A DNA stretch of 63,818 nucleotides, filler included, from Lama guanicoe (GCA_013239625.1; 82 parts of 78 records of this genome joined end to end with filler, not necessarily neighbours in it); one strand, 5' to 3'; shown: positions 12,111 to 24,562, counted from the whole stretch's first letter. A program made the numbers and translations. Notes: generated by a model not told the origin, from the sequence alone.

Positions 12111-12830
12111 GTGAAAGAGAAGGAGGAGGAAGTGGAGACGGAGGGGGCGAGGGGTCTCGTACCTGACTGGTCTCTGAGAGAGTGATATTGATGTTGCTGG
12201 AGCCAGACTGTTTGTCACGTGCACCTCCTCGTTTGGGATGCTGAGCACCTCTGAGCCCTTCTTCCTTTCTCCAGCTCAGATGGGCATTTTCTGGTGTGGC
12301 AGCGGTGACCACGGCCTGCCTCCTGGGTTCCATTCTTGCCCTGACTCAAGAATTACGAGGAATTCTTGTAATTTAGGCATTCCTTTTACTTCCTGTCTTT
12401 TCATTTTCTCTGACTTTTATGGAGGCTAGCAAGACCGGGAGTAAAGACTGGATTCTATAACTTCTTGTGGTTCTCCTGTTCTTTCGTTTAACAAGAACTT
12501 TTTGAAAAGCAATATGTACCCGAGAAGTGAGAGCTGAGGGTACAGTGGTCAGCATCAACATGTAAACCGCGTGCTAGTGGAGCTGAAAGTCCAGAGAAGA
12601 GTCACACGAAAAGATGCTAAATATCTTTAGTCATTAGAGAAATGCAAAGTAAATGGTAATGACCTAACACTACGTACCCAGTAGAATGGTTAGAATACTG
12701 CCACCACCACTACTACTAATGAAACACTGANNNNNNNNNNNNNNNNNNNNNNNNNNNNNNNNNNNNNNNNNNNNTTAATTAATTAANNNNNNNNNNNNNN
12801 NNNNNNNNNNNNNNNNNNNNNNNNNNNNNN

Positions 12831-13459
12831 GTTTTACAGTGAAAACGGCTGGCACTTCAAACCGGCACTTGGAAACAGAATGAGAAACCAAAGTAAGTGT
12901 TTCTCCTACAACCCGTTCCCTTTGGGCTGGATGAACGAACGTCTCTCCACATGCTCAGTTCTGAGTTATAAGTGTGTGTGAATGCCGTCCTTCACCTAGC
13001 TTGAAGGGAGCACAATATTTCTTTTCATTTGCAAACTGCACTATGTTCATGTATATGTTGAGGTACAAGTTTCAACACGGTTTTACAGTGAAAACGGCAG
13101 GCACTTCAAACCGGCACTAGGAAAAAGACTGCGCAACCAGAGTAAGTGTTTCCCCTGCAAACGGTTCCCTTTGTGCTGGATGAACGAATGTCTCTCCACA
13201 TGCTCAGTTCTTAGGGAGAACTGTGTGTGAAAGCCGTCCTTCTTCGAGATTGAAGGGAACACAAAGTTTCTTTTCAGTTGCCATCTCCGCTCCTTAGATA
13301 TATAAGGGGAGGTACAAGCTCCAACTCGGTTTTACTGTGAAAACGGCAGACAATTCTAACCGGCACTAGTAAACAGAGTGAGAAACCAGTGTAACTGTTT
13401 CCCCTGCAAACCGTTCCCTTTCTGCTGGTTGAACGAACGTCTCTCCACATGCTCAGTTC
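12831..13459 (-). repeat. 249-bp satellite (reverse orientation)
   Basis: GTTTTAC(A/T)GTGAAAACGGC at 12831, 13080 and 13329 (period 249). Confidence 0.95.
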
Positions 13460-14108
13460 NNNNNNNNNNNNNNNNNNNNNNNNNNNNNNNNNNNNNNNNN
13501 NNNTTAATTAATTAANNNNNNNNNNNNNNNNNNNNNNNNNNNNNNNNNNNNNNNNNNNNTGTTCCCCTGTCTTCACAGTCATTCACGCATCCCTTTGCAT
13601 TATCTAGTTTGCTAAGGACTGAATTTTAGAACTGATAATATCACATCCATTGAGTTTTCTGATAGTTTTGGCTCGTCTTTAGACTTTCTCTCCCCCTTTT
13701 CTGTTATTCTGCCTTTGGTGATTCTGAGACACTGTTATTCTTCAGTGTTTTCCTGACCACCATTTTCAACACTTGGTCTGGATAGCGTTTTGCAGTCTAG
13801 TTGTTTGAAAGCTTATCTTTTGGGCCTTCAATATCTTTGGAACTGAAAATGGTACTTCCTGTTTCTTTTACTGTACTTCTTCATCTCTACAGGTAGGTAA
13901 TATCAGGTATTTAAGGTAGATTTCAAGGGCTTTGTTAAGTGACAATTTTAGGCTCTTGTCTCTGCACAATGCCTTGGGATTTCTGTGAGGACAATTTCTC
14001 CTAGACATNNNNNNNNNNNNNNNNNNNNNNNNNNNNNNNNNNNNNNNNNNNNTTAATTAATTAANNNNNNNNNNNNNNNNNNNNNNNNNNNNNNNNNNNN
14101 NNNNNNNN

Positions 14109-14608
14109 GTTCTACATTCTATATTCTACATTCTATATTCAGTATCCTGTATTCTATTTTTCTTAATTATGTGTTCTACATTACATGTTAAATTCTGTGT
14201 TCTATATTCTCTATTCTATATACTAAATTTTGTGCTATTCATTCTACATTCTAACATTCTACATGTTAAATTCTGTGTTCTATATTCTCTATTCTATATA
14301 CAAAATTTTGTGCTATTCATTCTACATTCATTCTACATTCTATATTCTGCATTCCGTATTCAATATTCTGTATTCTGTATTCTACATTCTATAGTCTAAA
14401 TTCTATATTCAGTATTTTGTATTCTATATTCTAAATTCTGTGTTCTGCATTCGATCTTGTAAATTCTGGCTTCTATATATTCTATTCAAAAAATTCTATA
14501 TTTTCTGTACTCATTATTCTGTATTCTATATTCTAATTTCTGTGTTCTGTATTCCATGCTCTAAATTCTGTGTTCTATATTCTCTCTCCTATATTCTATA
14601 TATTGTGT
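14109..14608 (+). repeat. Heptamer satellite (ATTCTAT)n
   Basis: 7-bp periodic TTC repeat. Confidence 0.95.
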
Positions 14609-15159
14609 NNNNNNNNNNNNNNNNNNNNNNNNNNNNNNNNNNNNNNNNNNNNTTAATTAATTAANNNNNNNNNNNNNNNNNNNNNNNNNNNNNNNNNNNN
14701 NNNNNNNNTTTAGCCTCTGACACACCAGGAACACTGACAATCTATTTGTAAGTTTCTACTCTCGTACTCTAATGACTTCACATCTGACCTTGTGACTCAG
14801 ACTGTCTTGTGGTCTTCTGCATGTTACATGTGCCCCTATGATAACCAGAGAGAAACAGGCTTGAGGATTCACAGCACGGTTTCACGCCTGAGCCTCAGAA
14901 TTTAACTTAAGAAAGGACAAAATATTGGATAGTTCCATTCTTTTCAATCAAAAATATTCCTTTAAAATTTGAGTTCATTTCAAGGACTCAATTCTTAAGT
15001 GTTCTAAATACATTGGCCTTGTTATTCAAATTATGTCTAGGAAATAGCTATTTCCCTAGTGGTGAACATACTTACATTCGGTTATGGGGGGGGGTAAATG
15101 TATTACCTCCTTCTGCCCTAGAATATAACTTCACAATTATGTTGCTCACCAATGACTCT

Positions 15160-15230
15160 ATTGTGCCTAGAATAGTGTCTGGGCATCAGTAGGTACTCAA
15201 TATTGATGTTTTTGGAATAAATAAATAATT
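15160..15230 (+). mobile_element. L2 3'-end fragment
   Basis: GTGCCTAGAATAGTGTCTGGGCATCAGTAGGTACTCAATA...GAATAAATAAAT resembles the L2 terminus. Confidence 0.55.
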
Positions 15231-16578
15231 ATATTAAATCAAAATATTCAAAATGAATTAAATGACCAAGAGATCTGTCACAAATATAATTTTAAACACA
15301 TTTATATAAATATATACTGCACACACAGACTTTATATAAAGTGTAGCGATGTATACATATTTTCAATTTTATATTTTCGGTTGAATTGGTTGCTTTCCTG
15401 GGAGCTTGAAAGATGATACGTCTTTAAAAAAAAACAGCTTCACTTAAAGACCACCATACTTGTTACTTTGAATTAATTTGCTAAACCTTTATACAGAATT
15501 TGATCTTTTTTCTTTTTCCGATCAAGCCACAAGTTGCATTTTGTGGTTCTTACATTTTTGTTAAACAGGTAAGGTTATTCTATCACTCTTCAAAAATGAT
15601 GTTGCTACAGAAATTTAGCTAAATATATTAAATATAATACCACAAAAANNNNNNNNNNNNNNNNNNNNNNNNNNNNNNNNNNNNNNNNNNNNTTAATTAA
15701 TTAANNNNNNNNNNNNNNNNNNNNNNNNNNNNNNNNNNNNNNNNNNNNGGGGGGTGGGTAGAAGTCCCACCTTAACATGAGAGTCACTGTCAAATTGCTC
15801 CATAAAAAAAACTTGTATCAATCAGCAAACCCACTAACAGTACATGAGAGCTAACCATTCTCCTACCTTCAGCTGCGCTGGATGTAACAATGTTTTAAAT
15901 GTTCACCAAGATGATAATCATCTCATTTTGCTTATTTTTAGATTCAAGAGCTAGAAAAACTTTTCATACATTTATTGATAATGGATATTCATTCACCTGT
16001 AAATTGGTAAAAGAATTGACAATAAATGTTGCAACAATAACAACAGATTAAATAAGAGATTCCACTCCGCCCCCTTGAGGCCGGCCTCAGATGGGTGTGC
16101 TGCTAAGTCAGTAAGTCTCCCACGGGGCCCACTCCTCTACCTCTAACATTTGTAACTGAGATGACGGACATTCCGATAATTGGATGCATTAAGTGGGAAT
16201 TACCTGCCTCACGTACCAGCCACCAAATTAAGTTTAACTTGCTCATTGTTTCGTGTCAACAAACCTGCGGATGTCAAGACACCAGATCAGACCCAAGGAG
16301 GAAGAACAGGACCTGATGCAGGATGTGAGGATATTTACGATGCTTTCAAACTGTTTCCTGGTAATAAAGGCAGGCACATGCATTGTAATTGTCTTGTGTT
16401 TTCTCTGTAATTGCTTCAAATCCTTTTCAGACGTGGGTGCAGTAAGGTCTCCTTGACTGTGAGTTTCTCTAGAGCCAANNNNNNNNNNNNNNNNNNNNNN
16501 NNNNNNNNNNNNNNNNNNNNNNTTAATTAATTAANNNNNNNNNNNNNNNNNNNNNNNNNNNNNNNNNNNNNNNNNNNN

Positions 16579-17069
16579 TTTATGGCTGGAATTTACACTC
16601 ACCTAAATTTCTTCAAGAATAACTTGAGTATCATTGGCTGTGTCTTTTTCCATGTAAATTTTAGAGTAAGTTTGTTGAGTACCATTCAAACCTCTGCCAG
16701 CATTTAATCATAGAGATTAAATCTGTGAATCACTTTGGTAAGATTTTATATGGTTAAAATATAGGCTTTCCATATTCATGAAGAAGCTATATTTCTCCAA
16801 TGAAGAAGCTATATTTCTCCAGTTACTTTTGTATCTTTAATGCATTTCCACAGTCATTTTTTTTTCTGATGGCACGCAAGACTTTTATTTGGTGAATTTA
16901 TTTTCTTCATATTTTCTGTGGTTAAAATTGTATCTGTTTATTGCATTTCAAACATTTTGCTTCTAGGCATAGAAATACACCTGATATTTAGTCTCTGTAA
17001 ACTACCCTTTTTATACCTATCTATTTTTTAATATAAACAGTTTGGATTATTTCTTTCAGATTCTAGTAA
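16579..17069 (-). mobile_element. Old LINE-1 (L1M) ORF2 fragment
   Basis: TTCCATGTAAATTTTAGAGTAAGTTTG and TTAAATCTGTGAATCACTTTGG resemble the L1 antisense strand. Contains a 22-bp tandem duplication at 16778-16821. Confidence 0.6.
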
Positions 17070-17946
17070 NNNNNNNNNNNNNNNNNNNNNNNNNNNNNNN
17101 NNNNNNNNNNNNNTTAATTAATTAANNNNNNNNNNNNNNNNNNNNNNNNNNNNNNNNNNNNNNNNNNNNACCAAAAGTGAACAGACAAAAATAAAAGCAT
17201 CTGGGGAGAAAGGAGGAGTGGACTCAAGATAGTTAAGTGGCGAAGACGAGCTAAAAATCCATCAGGATTGTAATACCGCTGGATAAATACAATTGTGATT
17301 AATAACTTAAATACTAACCACACCAAAGTTACTTCTTTTCTTTATCAACACATTATGTCTTTACTGTAGACTGTTCTCAAAATACTGCCTGAGAATTCAT
17401 TTGAAATTTGATTTGTTAATTCTTTATTCATTTATTTGACATATATGACTGTGCCTTTTTAAAGTGTGATTCTAGAAGCATCTTCATTAGAGTCTCCTGT
17501 ATAATTGTTAAATGTGAAGATTCCAGTATCCCACGTGACGCTTTCTGAAACCAACATTCTGTCAATTTGCTTGATTAAAAAGCTTCTCTAATAAATGCTT
17601 TGTACACTAACTTTAAAAAAAGTCCTTAGCTCTTCTAAGGATCTGATGTCACGAAAAGCTCNNNNNNNNNNNNNNNNNNNNNNNNNNNNNNNNNNNNNNN
17701 NNNNNTTAATTAATTAANNNNNNNNNNNNNNNNNNNNNNNNNNNNNNNNNNNNNNNNNNNNTCCATGAGCCTATGTCTTCTGTTTATATTCAGGAGTATT
17801 AGCAATATCACATTAAATACTGAATTTTTCCCCGGAAACAAAGTGCAGTATGTGCTACATAAGCTTTTAGTTATCTGATTCTCGTTTCTGATCCTACAGG
17901 CAATTTTTTTGTTGCATCTTTCCCGGCAACCAGGAAGGTCTTTTTA

Positions 17947-17962
17947 GCCATAGGTGGCGCTG
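17947..17962 (+). promoter_or_regulatory. CTCF-like motif in a multi-copy segment
   Basis: GCCATAGGTGGCGCTG; the 3' half matches CCASYAGRKGGCRS and the 5' half is imperfect. Identical in the paralog at 53285-53300 (reverse). Confidence 0.45.
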
Positions 17963-19002
17963 TTGCACCTTCTTACAGTCTTGATTTTCCTGTTTGTAAA
18001 AGAAGGCTTAAACAACGTTATTTTATTTTGATTCCTTTGCTTAATGTTTCAGAATAGCCCAATGTTCATTATGTCTGTCTACCTGGAAAAATTATTCTGC
18101 TTATATCTTAGTTTTATTCTGTCATGTCACTGTGAACATTTCAGACTTGCTTTGCAAACAATGGCAAAATTCATCTTGTCTTCCAGTGTTAGAAACCAGT
18201 GAGCNNNNNNNNNNNNNNNNNNNNNNNNNNNGCCTCTGGAGCACCTTAAAGCTGAAAAGTGTATTGAGTTCCCTGAGTATTGACCCCGCCGCTGTGTGTT
18301 AATTGGTGGTAGGAGATTTGGTGCATTTACGAAGGGGTGTAGTTTTTGACTTGGGTTTGCATGCACGCGCTGCCACTGAGCCACGTGAGCCTGAGTCAGT
18401 TCGTTTTGAGATTTTCCCTTGTCTGTGAGATGGGGACATTCATATCTGCTTTGTAGAATTGTGAGAATCAGAAATTATGTAAAGAATTTACCACAGTGGG
18501 TATGTCAAGAGGGCTCAANNNNNNNNNNNNNNNNNNNNNNNNNNNNNNNNNNNNNNNNNNNNTTAATTAATTAANNNNNNNNNNNNNNNNNNNNNNNNNN
18601 NNNNNNNNNNNNNNNNNNTGAACAACTCTTCCCAGACTGACTGGGCCATAAATATAGCACACATTTTCTCCAATATATCATTTATGGTCTGAATATTTCT
18701 CATGTACCTCCCCATGATGGAGTGCTGCGGGAACAGGGAAGGCACCCAGAGGGTCTTGGTGAGGCTGAGAATCTTGGAACGTGACTCCCTCACGTGTCTT
18801 GAGTCTTACCCAGACCTGGGCATGCACTTGAGGCAGCTCAGTGACATTCGTGAAGAGGGCTGGCTTCTTCTTGTCCATCCTTGTCATCAAATAAAAGCCA
18901 GGAGTTCAAGCTCCTCAAGCTTGGGATAATTGTCTCTACCTGTTTCTTTTGCCCCGAGTCTGGCAACATTTCACAGGTAAGGACATACAACTCTGCACAG
19001 GT

Positions 19003-19042
19003 GTTGCCATGACAACCACCTTTGATGGGCGGCCCCGCCTCC
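19003..19042. promoter_or_regulatory. RFX X-box plus GC boxes (candidate promoter)
   Basis: GTTGCCATGACAAC 19003-19016 (13/14 match to GTTGCCATGGCAAC) followed by GGGCGGCCCCGCCTCC. Confidence 0.55.
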
Positions 19043-20379
19043 ACTTTGTTTCCCATCACTTGTCAGTTGCATCCTGAGAAATTGTGGCTAACTGCAGCGA
19101 TAAGAAACTATGGTGGTGAGAAATAAATGGGATGAAAAAAATGTTAACAGGAAAAATCAGCGGCTGCAGGAAGTACAGAAATGTGTCAATAAACTAAATG
19201 TTAAAAAGCCAGTTATCACTTGAGTCAGAGTGCTTTTCCAATAGCATATGTTGGTTTCAATGTAGCGTTTCCAAATTATAGGTTNNNNNNNNNNNNNNNN
19301 NNNNNNNNNNNNNNNNNNNNNNNNNNNNNNNNNNNNNNNNNNNNNNNNNNNNNNNNNNNNNNNNNNNNNNNNNNNNNNNNNNNNNNNNNNNNNNNNNNNN
19401 NNNNNNNNNNNNNNNNNNNNNNNNNNNNNNNNNNNNNNNNNNNNNNNNNNNNNNNNNNNNNNNNNNNNNNNNNNNNNNNNNNNNNNNNNNNNNNNNNNNN
19501 NNNNNNNNNNNNNNNNNNNNNNNNNNNNNNNNNNNNNNNNNNNNNNNNNNNNNNAGCAGAGGAAGAAAGAGTGAATGATTCAGGCATTTTCTCGGACATT
19601 CATCACTGCGTGGCAGCCTGATGGGGAGTCCTGAGCAAGGAGCCACTTACACTGAGAGATTTATCGGGCCAGGAGCTGCTGCATGTGGAGGAGCTAATGA
19701 AGATGCTAAGAAGGAAAAAAAATTGACTTCAGGAGCAGAGCGGGGAGCTCATTCCAGATAAGGAATCAAGTTCCATTCAATGAAAGAAAATGACAAATAG
19801 GCCATGGGTGGTATGGCGCTTCTTGAAACATTTGGGCTCATGGTATTTGGAATTTCGGTCAGNNNNNNNNNNNNNNNNNNNNNNNNNNNNNNNNNNNNNN
19901 NNNNNNTTAATTAATTAANNNNNNNNNNNNNNNNNNNNNNNNNNNNNNNNNNNNNNNNNNNNTCTGTGACTGAGTTTAAAATGTGTTCATTTCGACTAAA
20001 ATGTCAAAAGGAAAAAACAAATTGATTTCCCACAAATGAAAAAAAAAATTAATTGTGTTTAATGGCATTGAACTTTGCTCTCAAGGCCCTATTCTAATGT
20101 TCTCCCAGCTCAGGATACTTGGTCCAATTTAGCAGGTATTTTTCAGAACTGTTTAAATGTTCTCTTCCCAGTTTATTGTTTGACATCAGTTTTAACAAAA
20201 ACCCTCATTTGCTCAAGGTGTCTTCATATTCCTCTTCCCTTGTCTTCCCTTCCAATGGGCCCCTTAGTCACAGGGGAACCCTTGTAAGAGGGACTGGAAA
20301 GGAGAGAGGCCTGATATGCTGCCAGCCTGTAACCTCTGACAGCCTCAGCTGCAGTGAGGAGGGGCAGGACTTCCAAAAT

Positions 20380-20591
20380 TAAACACAGGATTACCAATTG
20401 ATCCAGCAATTCCACTTGTACAGCTTAATTTCCAAAAGAACTGTAACCAGGGTCCATGTTCACAGTAGCTTTATTCTCAACAGCCTAAAGGGGGCAAGCA
20501 GCACGTATCCATCTGCCAATGAATGGGGGAATCATGTGTGGTGAATTCACATAGTAGAATATAATTCTACCTTGAAAAGGAATTCTGTTCT
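20380..20591 (+). mobile_element. Old L1M ORF2 C-terminal/3' fragment
   Basis: GATCCAGCAATTCCACTT...CATGTTCACAGTAGCTTTATT...TATCCATC...ATGAATGG. Confidence 0.7.
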
Positions 20592-20691
20592 NNNNNNNNN
20601 NNNNNNNNNNNNNNNNNNNNNNNNNNNNNNNNNNNTTAATTAATTAANNNNNNNNNNNNNNNNNNNNNNNNNNNNNNNNNNNNNNNNNNNN

Positions 20692-21441
20692 GTTTAAACC
20701 AGTATCATTTTCCTTCTGTCTAAAGTATTTCTTTTTAATTCTTGCAAAGCAGGTCTACTGCCAACTGATTCCCTCAATTTTTCTTCCTCTGAGAAATAGA
20801 AAGTCTGTTTTCCCCTCACTTTTGAAGGATAATCTTAGAATAATTTCTTAGGATGCAGAATTCTGGTTTTTTTTTTTTNNNNNNNNNNNTTTTTTTTTCT
20901 TTCAACACTAACAATTTCACTCTACTCTCTTTCCCTTGCATGGTTTCTGAGTAGAAGTTGTATATAACTATTGTATTTGTTTCTCTATAGGTACTGTATC
21001 CCCGTCCCCAACCCTGGCTTATTTCAGAATTTTTTTTCTGTATCTTTGATTGTCTGTAGTTTGAAAATGTGCCTATGTTCAGGTTTTTCGGTATTTACTC
21101 TAGTTTCTGCTCCCTGAGCTTCCTAAATCTCTGGTTCAGTGCCTAACATTAACTTGAGGAACTTCTCAGTCATTAATATTTTGAGTATTTCCTCTGCTTT
21201 TTTTTCCTTTTGATATTCTCATTATGTGAATGTTACACATTCTGTAGCTGTCTCACTGTTCTTAGATATTCTGTTCTGTTTTTTCAGTCTTTTTTTCTCT
21301 TTTCAAGTTTGACTGTTTCTATTGAAATATCCTCAAGCTGAGTGAAACTTTCCTCAGCTGTGTCCAATGCACTAAAAAGCTCATCAGGGTGGTTCTTCAT
21401 TTCTGTTGCAGTGTTTTTGATCCCCAGTATTTCTTCCTGAT
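20692..21441 (-). mobile_element. Old L1M 5'/ORF1-region fragment
   Basis: TCTGAGAAA...CCCCTCACTTTTGAAGGATAAT...GGATGCAGAATTCTGG...TTTCTTTCAACAC resembles antisense L1M ORF1. Confidence 0.65.
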
Positions 21442-22259
21442 NNNNNNNNNNNNNNNNNNNNNNNNNNNNNNNNNNNNNNNNNNNNTTAATTAATTAANNN
21501 NNNNNNNNNNNNNNNNNNNNNNNNNNNNNNNNNNNNNNNNNCTGGAAATAAAAATCAACTTCCAGCTTCTCTCTGGAAGGAGCTAGACTGTACATCTATC
21601 TCATGTGCTGACCCTCCCAGCTGTTGTCTAAAGTCTATGTTCTAACTCACTCCTCTCTTTGGAAGCTGGCAGGGCCCTCTGGGAGCTTGAGCTGGCAGGG
21701 GGGTAATCTCTGTAGCTTCTGCACCTCACTTGCCCCAGCAAAAAATACCAGGGCCCAGTTTCTCCCTGGAAGGAGTCTGACTGCACATCCAGCACCCAGA
21801 CTTTTCCAGCTACTGCCTGACTCTTTGTCCTCTAGCTTGTATGACACTTAGAGCAAATGGAGCCCAGCACTCATTAGTCTTCTGGAGTCTGCAGAGAACA
21901 AAGTGGCAGTTCCTCATGNNNNNNNNNNNNNNNNNNNNNNNNNNNNNNNNNNTGCTCCAGCATAGAGACCAGCTCCTAGCTTCTCTACAGACAGTGTCAG
22001 GCTACACATGCAGTGCCCCAGCTTGTCCAGTTGCTGCCTGAGGGCTGGCATCTAATTTGCCTCTCCTGGGGCACTGACAGTACCTCAGTCTCCTGGGGGC
22101 ACCTAAAGATGGCACTATGAGTAAGAACAAGGTTTGAGAGGTACCTAGAAACTCTGGCTNNNNNNNNNNNNNNNNNNNNNNNNNNNNNNNNNNNNNNNNN
22201 NNNTTAATTAATTAANNNNNNNNNNNNNNNNNNNNNNNNNNNNNNNNNNNNNNNNNNNN

Positions 22260-22390
22260 TTATTGAAATATATTTAACATATAACACTGTATAAGTTTAA
22301 GGTGTACATCATGTTAATGTGATACCTTCCTATATTGTAATAGGATTGTCATTGTTGCGATAATTAGCACCTCTATTCCATTATGTAATT
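22260..22390 (-). mobile_element. LINE-1 3' terminus
   Basis: TTATTGAAATATATTTAACATATAACACTGTATAAGTTTAAGGTGTACA. Confidence 0.7.
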
Positions 22391-22799
22391 TGATCAGATA
22401 TTTTGAACCAGACGCACACCCGGCAACATTTAAAATTTCAAACTGACTATATGATTTGGTCTCAGATGTGAAAGAAAATCTATCAGCAGGGTCAAGAAGT
22501 AAATCAGAAGCCCAAGGGAGAACCAGTTTCAAGCTGCTACAAGTCAACAGAGTACTCAGAAAGGAGGACATTGTTCTGAGACCCCAGCTGGCCAGAGTCT
22601 CACCTCACCTGAGATTTCTCTTCTTAGTTGCTTCAATCTTGGGTTTCAGCAGTCTCTGTGCTAAAGGAGGCTGAGTAGGAAAGTCTTTCCCCTTGAGAGN
22701 NNNNNNNNNNNNNNNNNNNNNNNNNNNNNNNNNNNNNNNNNNNTTAATTAATTAANNNNNNNNNNNNNNNNNNNNNNNNNNNNNNNNNNNNNNNNNNNN

Positions 22800-23353
22800 G
22801 AATACGAGAAAATGCAAGCAAACGTTGCGTCAGACATTCAGATAAGCAGGAGAGTATACAAGGGGCCATGCAAATTAGGATCACAATGATTATGATAATC
22901 ACCAGAGCATGCTTCCACCAGTCACTTTTAAACCAATCAAACCATTGTGCTGGCAAGAAAGGTGTGGGAGAATCCATATTTTTAATTTGCTTTTGCATAT
23001 CATCCACAGCTTGAGAAATATTAGCAGACAAGTCTGGTATAAACACAATTCTACCTTGATAATAGCGCAAGTTCCTCCTTGCGCCGCAGTGAGAATGTCA
23101 AGAGCCATTCTGTTTTGTAAAACAGCTTTTCGCATAAGTTTTTGTTCAGCATTAATATCATCCACAGCATGTTTAACATCAATCAAAGCCTTTTGGGTAA
23201 AATTAGTCAATGCATTAACTTTTGTCATAATATCCACAGTTCCTATAGAGGGAACAAAAATGGCAGCTAGGTAATCATACCACTTAAAGGCTGATCGAAT
23301 CCACCGAGCATGTAAATTAGGCATATTAGCAGGAACCCCTTGTACAGATTTTA
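22800..23353 (-). pseudogene. env: Endogenous retrovirus env (gamma-type), end of SU plus TM subunit, one frameshift
   Basis: RWIR cleavage-like site (23295-23306), fusion peptide WYDYLAAIFVPSIG, ISD LQNRMALDILTAAQGGTC (23067-23120), CX6CC broken by a frameshift at ~23042-23050, then FIPDLSANIS and TM helix ALVIIIIIVILICMAPCIL in another frame. Confidence 0.95.
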
Positions 23354-23453
23354 NNNNNNNNNNNNNNNNNNNNNNNNNNNNNNNNNNNNNNNNNNNNTTA
23401 ATTAATTAANNNNNNNNNNNNNNNNNNNNNNNNNNNNNNNNNNNNNNNNNNNN

Positions 23454-24268
23454 CGAGCTCCCCCATGCACTGATTACGGTTCCGGAATCCTGAGAGTAGG
23501 GAAGTACGACCAACGGACGGCAGCTCGTGGGTTCTAACGGAGTGCCTAAACTCGTCTGCCCTGAGTGTTTTCCTTATTTATCTCTGCCAGGGAATGTTAG
23601 CGGGGGTTTCAGGTATTCCCAGTTAGAGAGGCTGCCTCCCCAAGGTCAGGGGAGATATTTCTGGGACTTCCCCCTAAAAGGGAACACCTGTGAATGAAGA
23701 GAGCTGCATGGATGCATGGAGTTGTCTCTCGAGCTCCCACATGCACTGACAATTTTTACCGAAAGCTGAGCTTCGGGAGGTTCCACCAATGGTCGTCAGC
23801 GCGTGGGTTCTAATGGAATGCCTAAGCTCATCACCCCTGGGTTTCCCTAATATCTCTGTGCCAGGTAACACTAGGGGTGTTTACAGGAAATCCCAGAGAC
23901 AGAGGCTGCCTCCATAAGGACAGGGAAGATATTTCTCTGATTTCCCATGGACTGGGAAGGCCTGTGATTGAAGAGAGCTGCGTGGAGCTGTCTCTCGAGC
24001 TCGCCCATGTACTGATCATGGTTCCGGAATCCTGAGCGTGGGGAGCTTCCACCAACGGTCGGCAGTGCTTGGGTTCTAAGGGAATGACTATGCTTGTCAC
24101 CCCTGAGTGTTTTCCTAATTTCTCTGTGCCAGGGAACGCTAGGGCTGTTTACAGGAACTCCCAGAGCCAGAGGCTGCCTCCCTAAGGTCTGGTAGAGTAT
24201 TTCTCGGACTTCCCCCAGTCCGGGAAAACCTGTGACTGAAGAGTGATGCGTGGAGTTGTCTCTCGATC
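23454..24268 (-). repeat. 267-bp satellite (reverse orientation), ~3 monomers
   Basis: GAGCTC...CATG at 23455, 23731 and 23997. The first interval includes a short GCATGGA duplication. Confidence 0.93.
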
Positions 24269-24368
24269 NNNNNNNNNNNNNNNNNNNNNNNNNNNNNNNN
24301 NNNNNNNNNNNNTTAATTAATTAANNNNNNNNNNNNNNNNNNNNNNNNNNNNNNNNNNNNNNNNNNNN

Positions 24369-24562
24369 TATAAGTGCAGAAGAGCTAACATCCTTAAAGA
24401 TCAGAGCCCGGAGAATATGCTCTCCTGGATATATCAGTCTAAAGGGAACTTTCTTTTACAAAATGTGCAGAGCTAGCAAGTCTGAGCCTAGAAAACAGGG
24501 CACAGGTTTAAAGCCAAACGAACACATCTAACATGGAGTCAAATTTGTTCTTTTCTATTTCA
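24369..24562 (-). mobile_element. ERV LTR 5'-end fragment
   Basis: Reverse strand starts TGAAATAGAAAAGAACAAATTTGACTCCATGTT. A similar terminus ends at 28803. Confidence 0.6.

Noticed and set aside
18810..18890. KKPALFTNVT as a serine-protease C-terminal motif (KPGVYTxV-like)
   Set aside because: No GDSGGP or SWG motif upstream in any frame.
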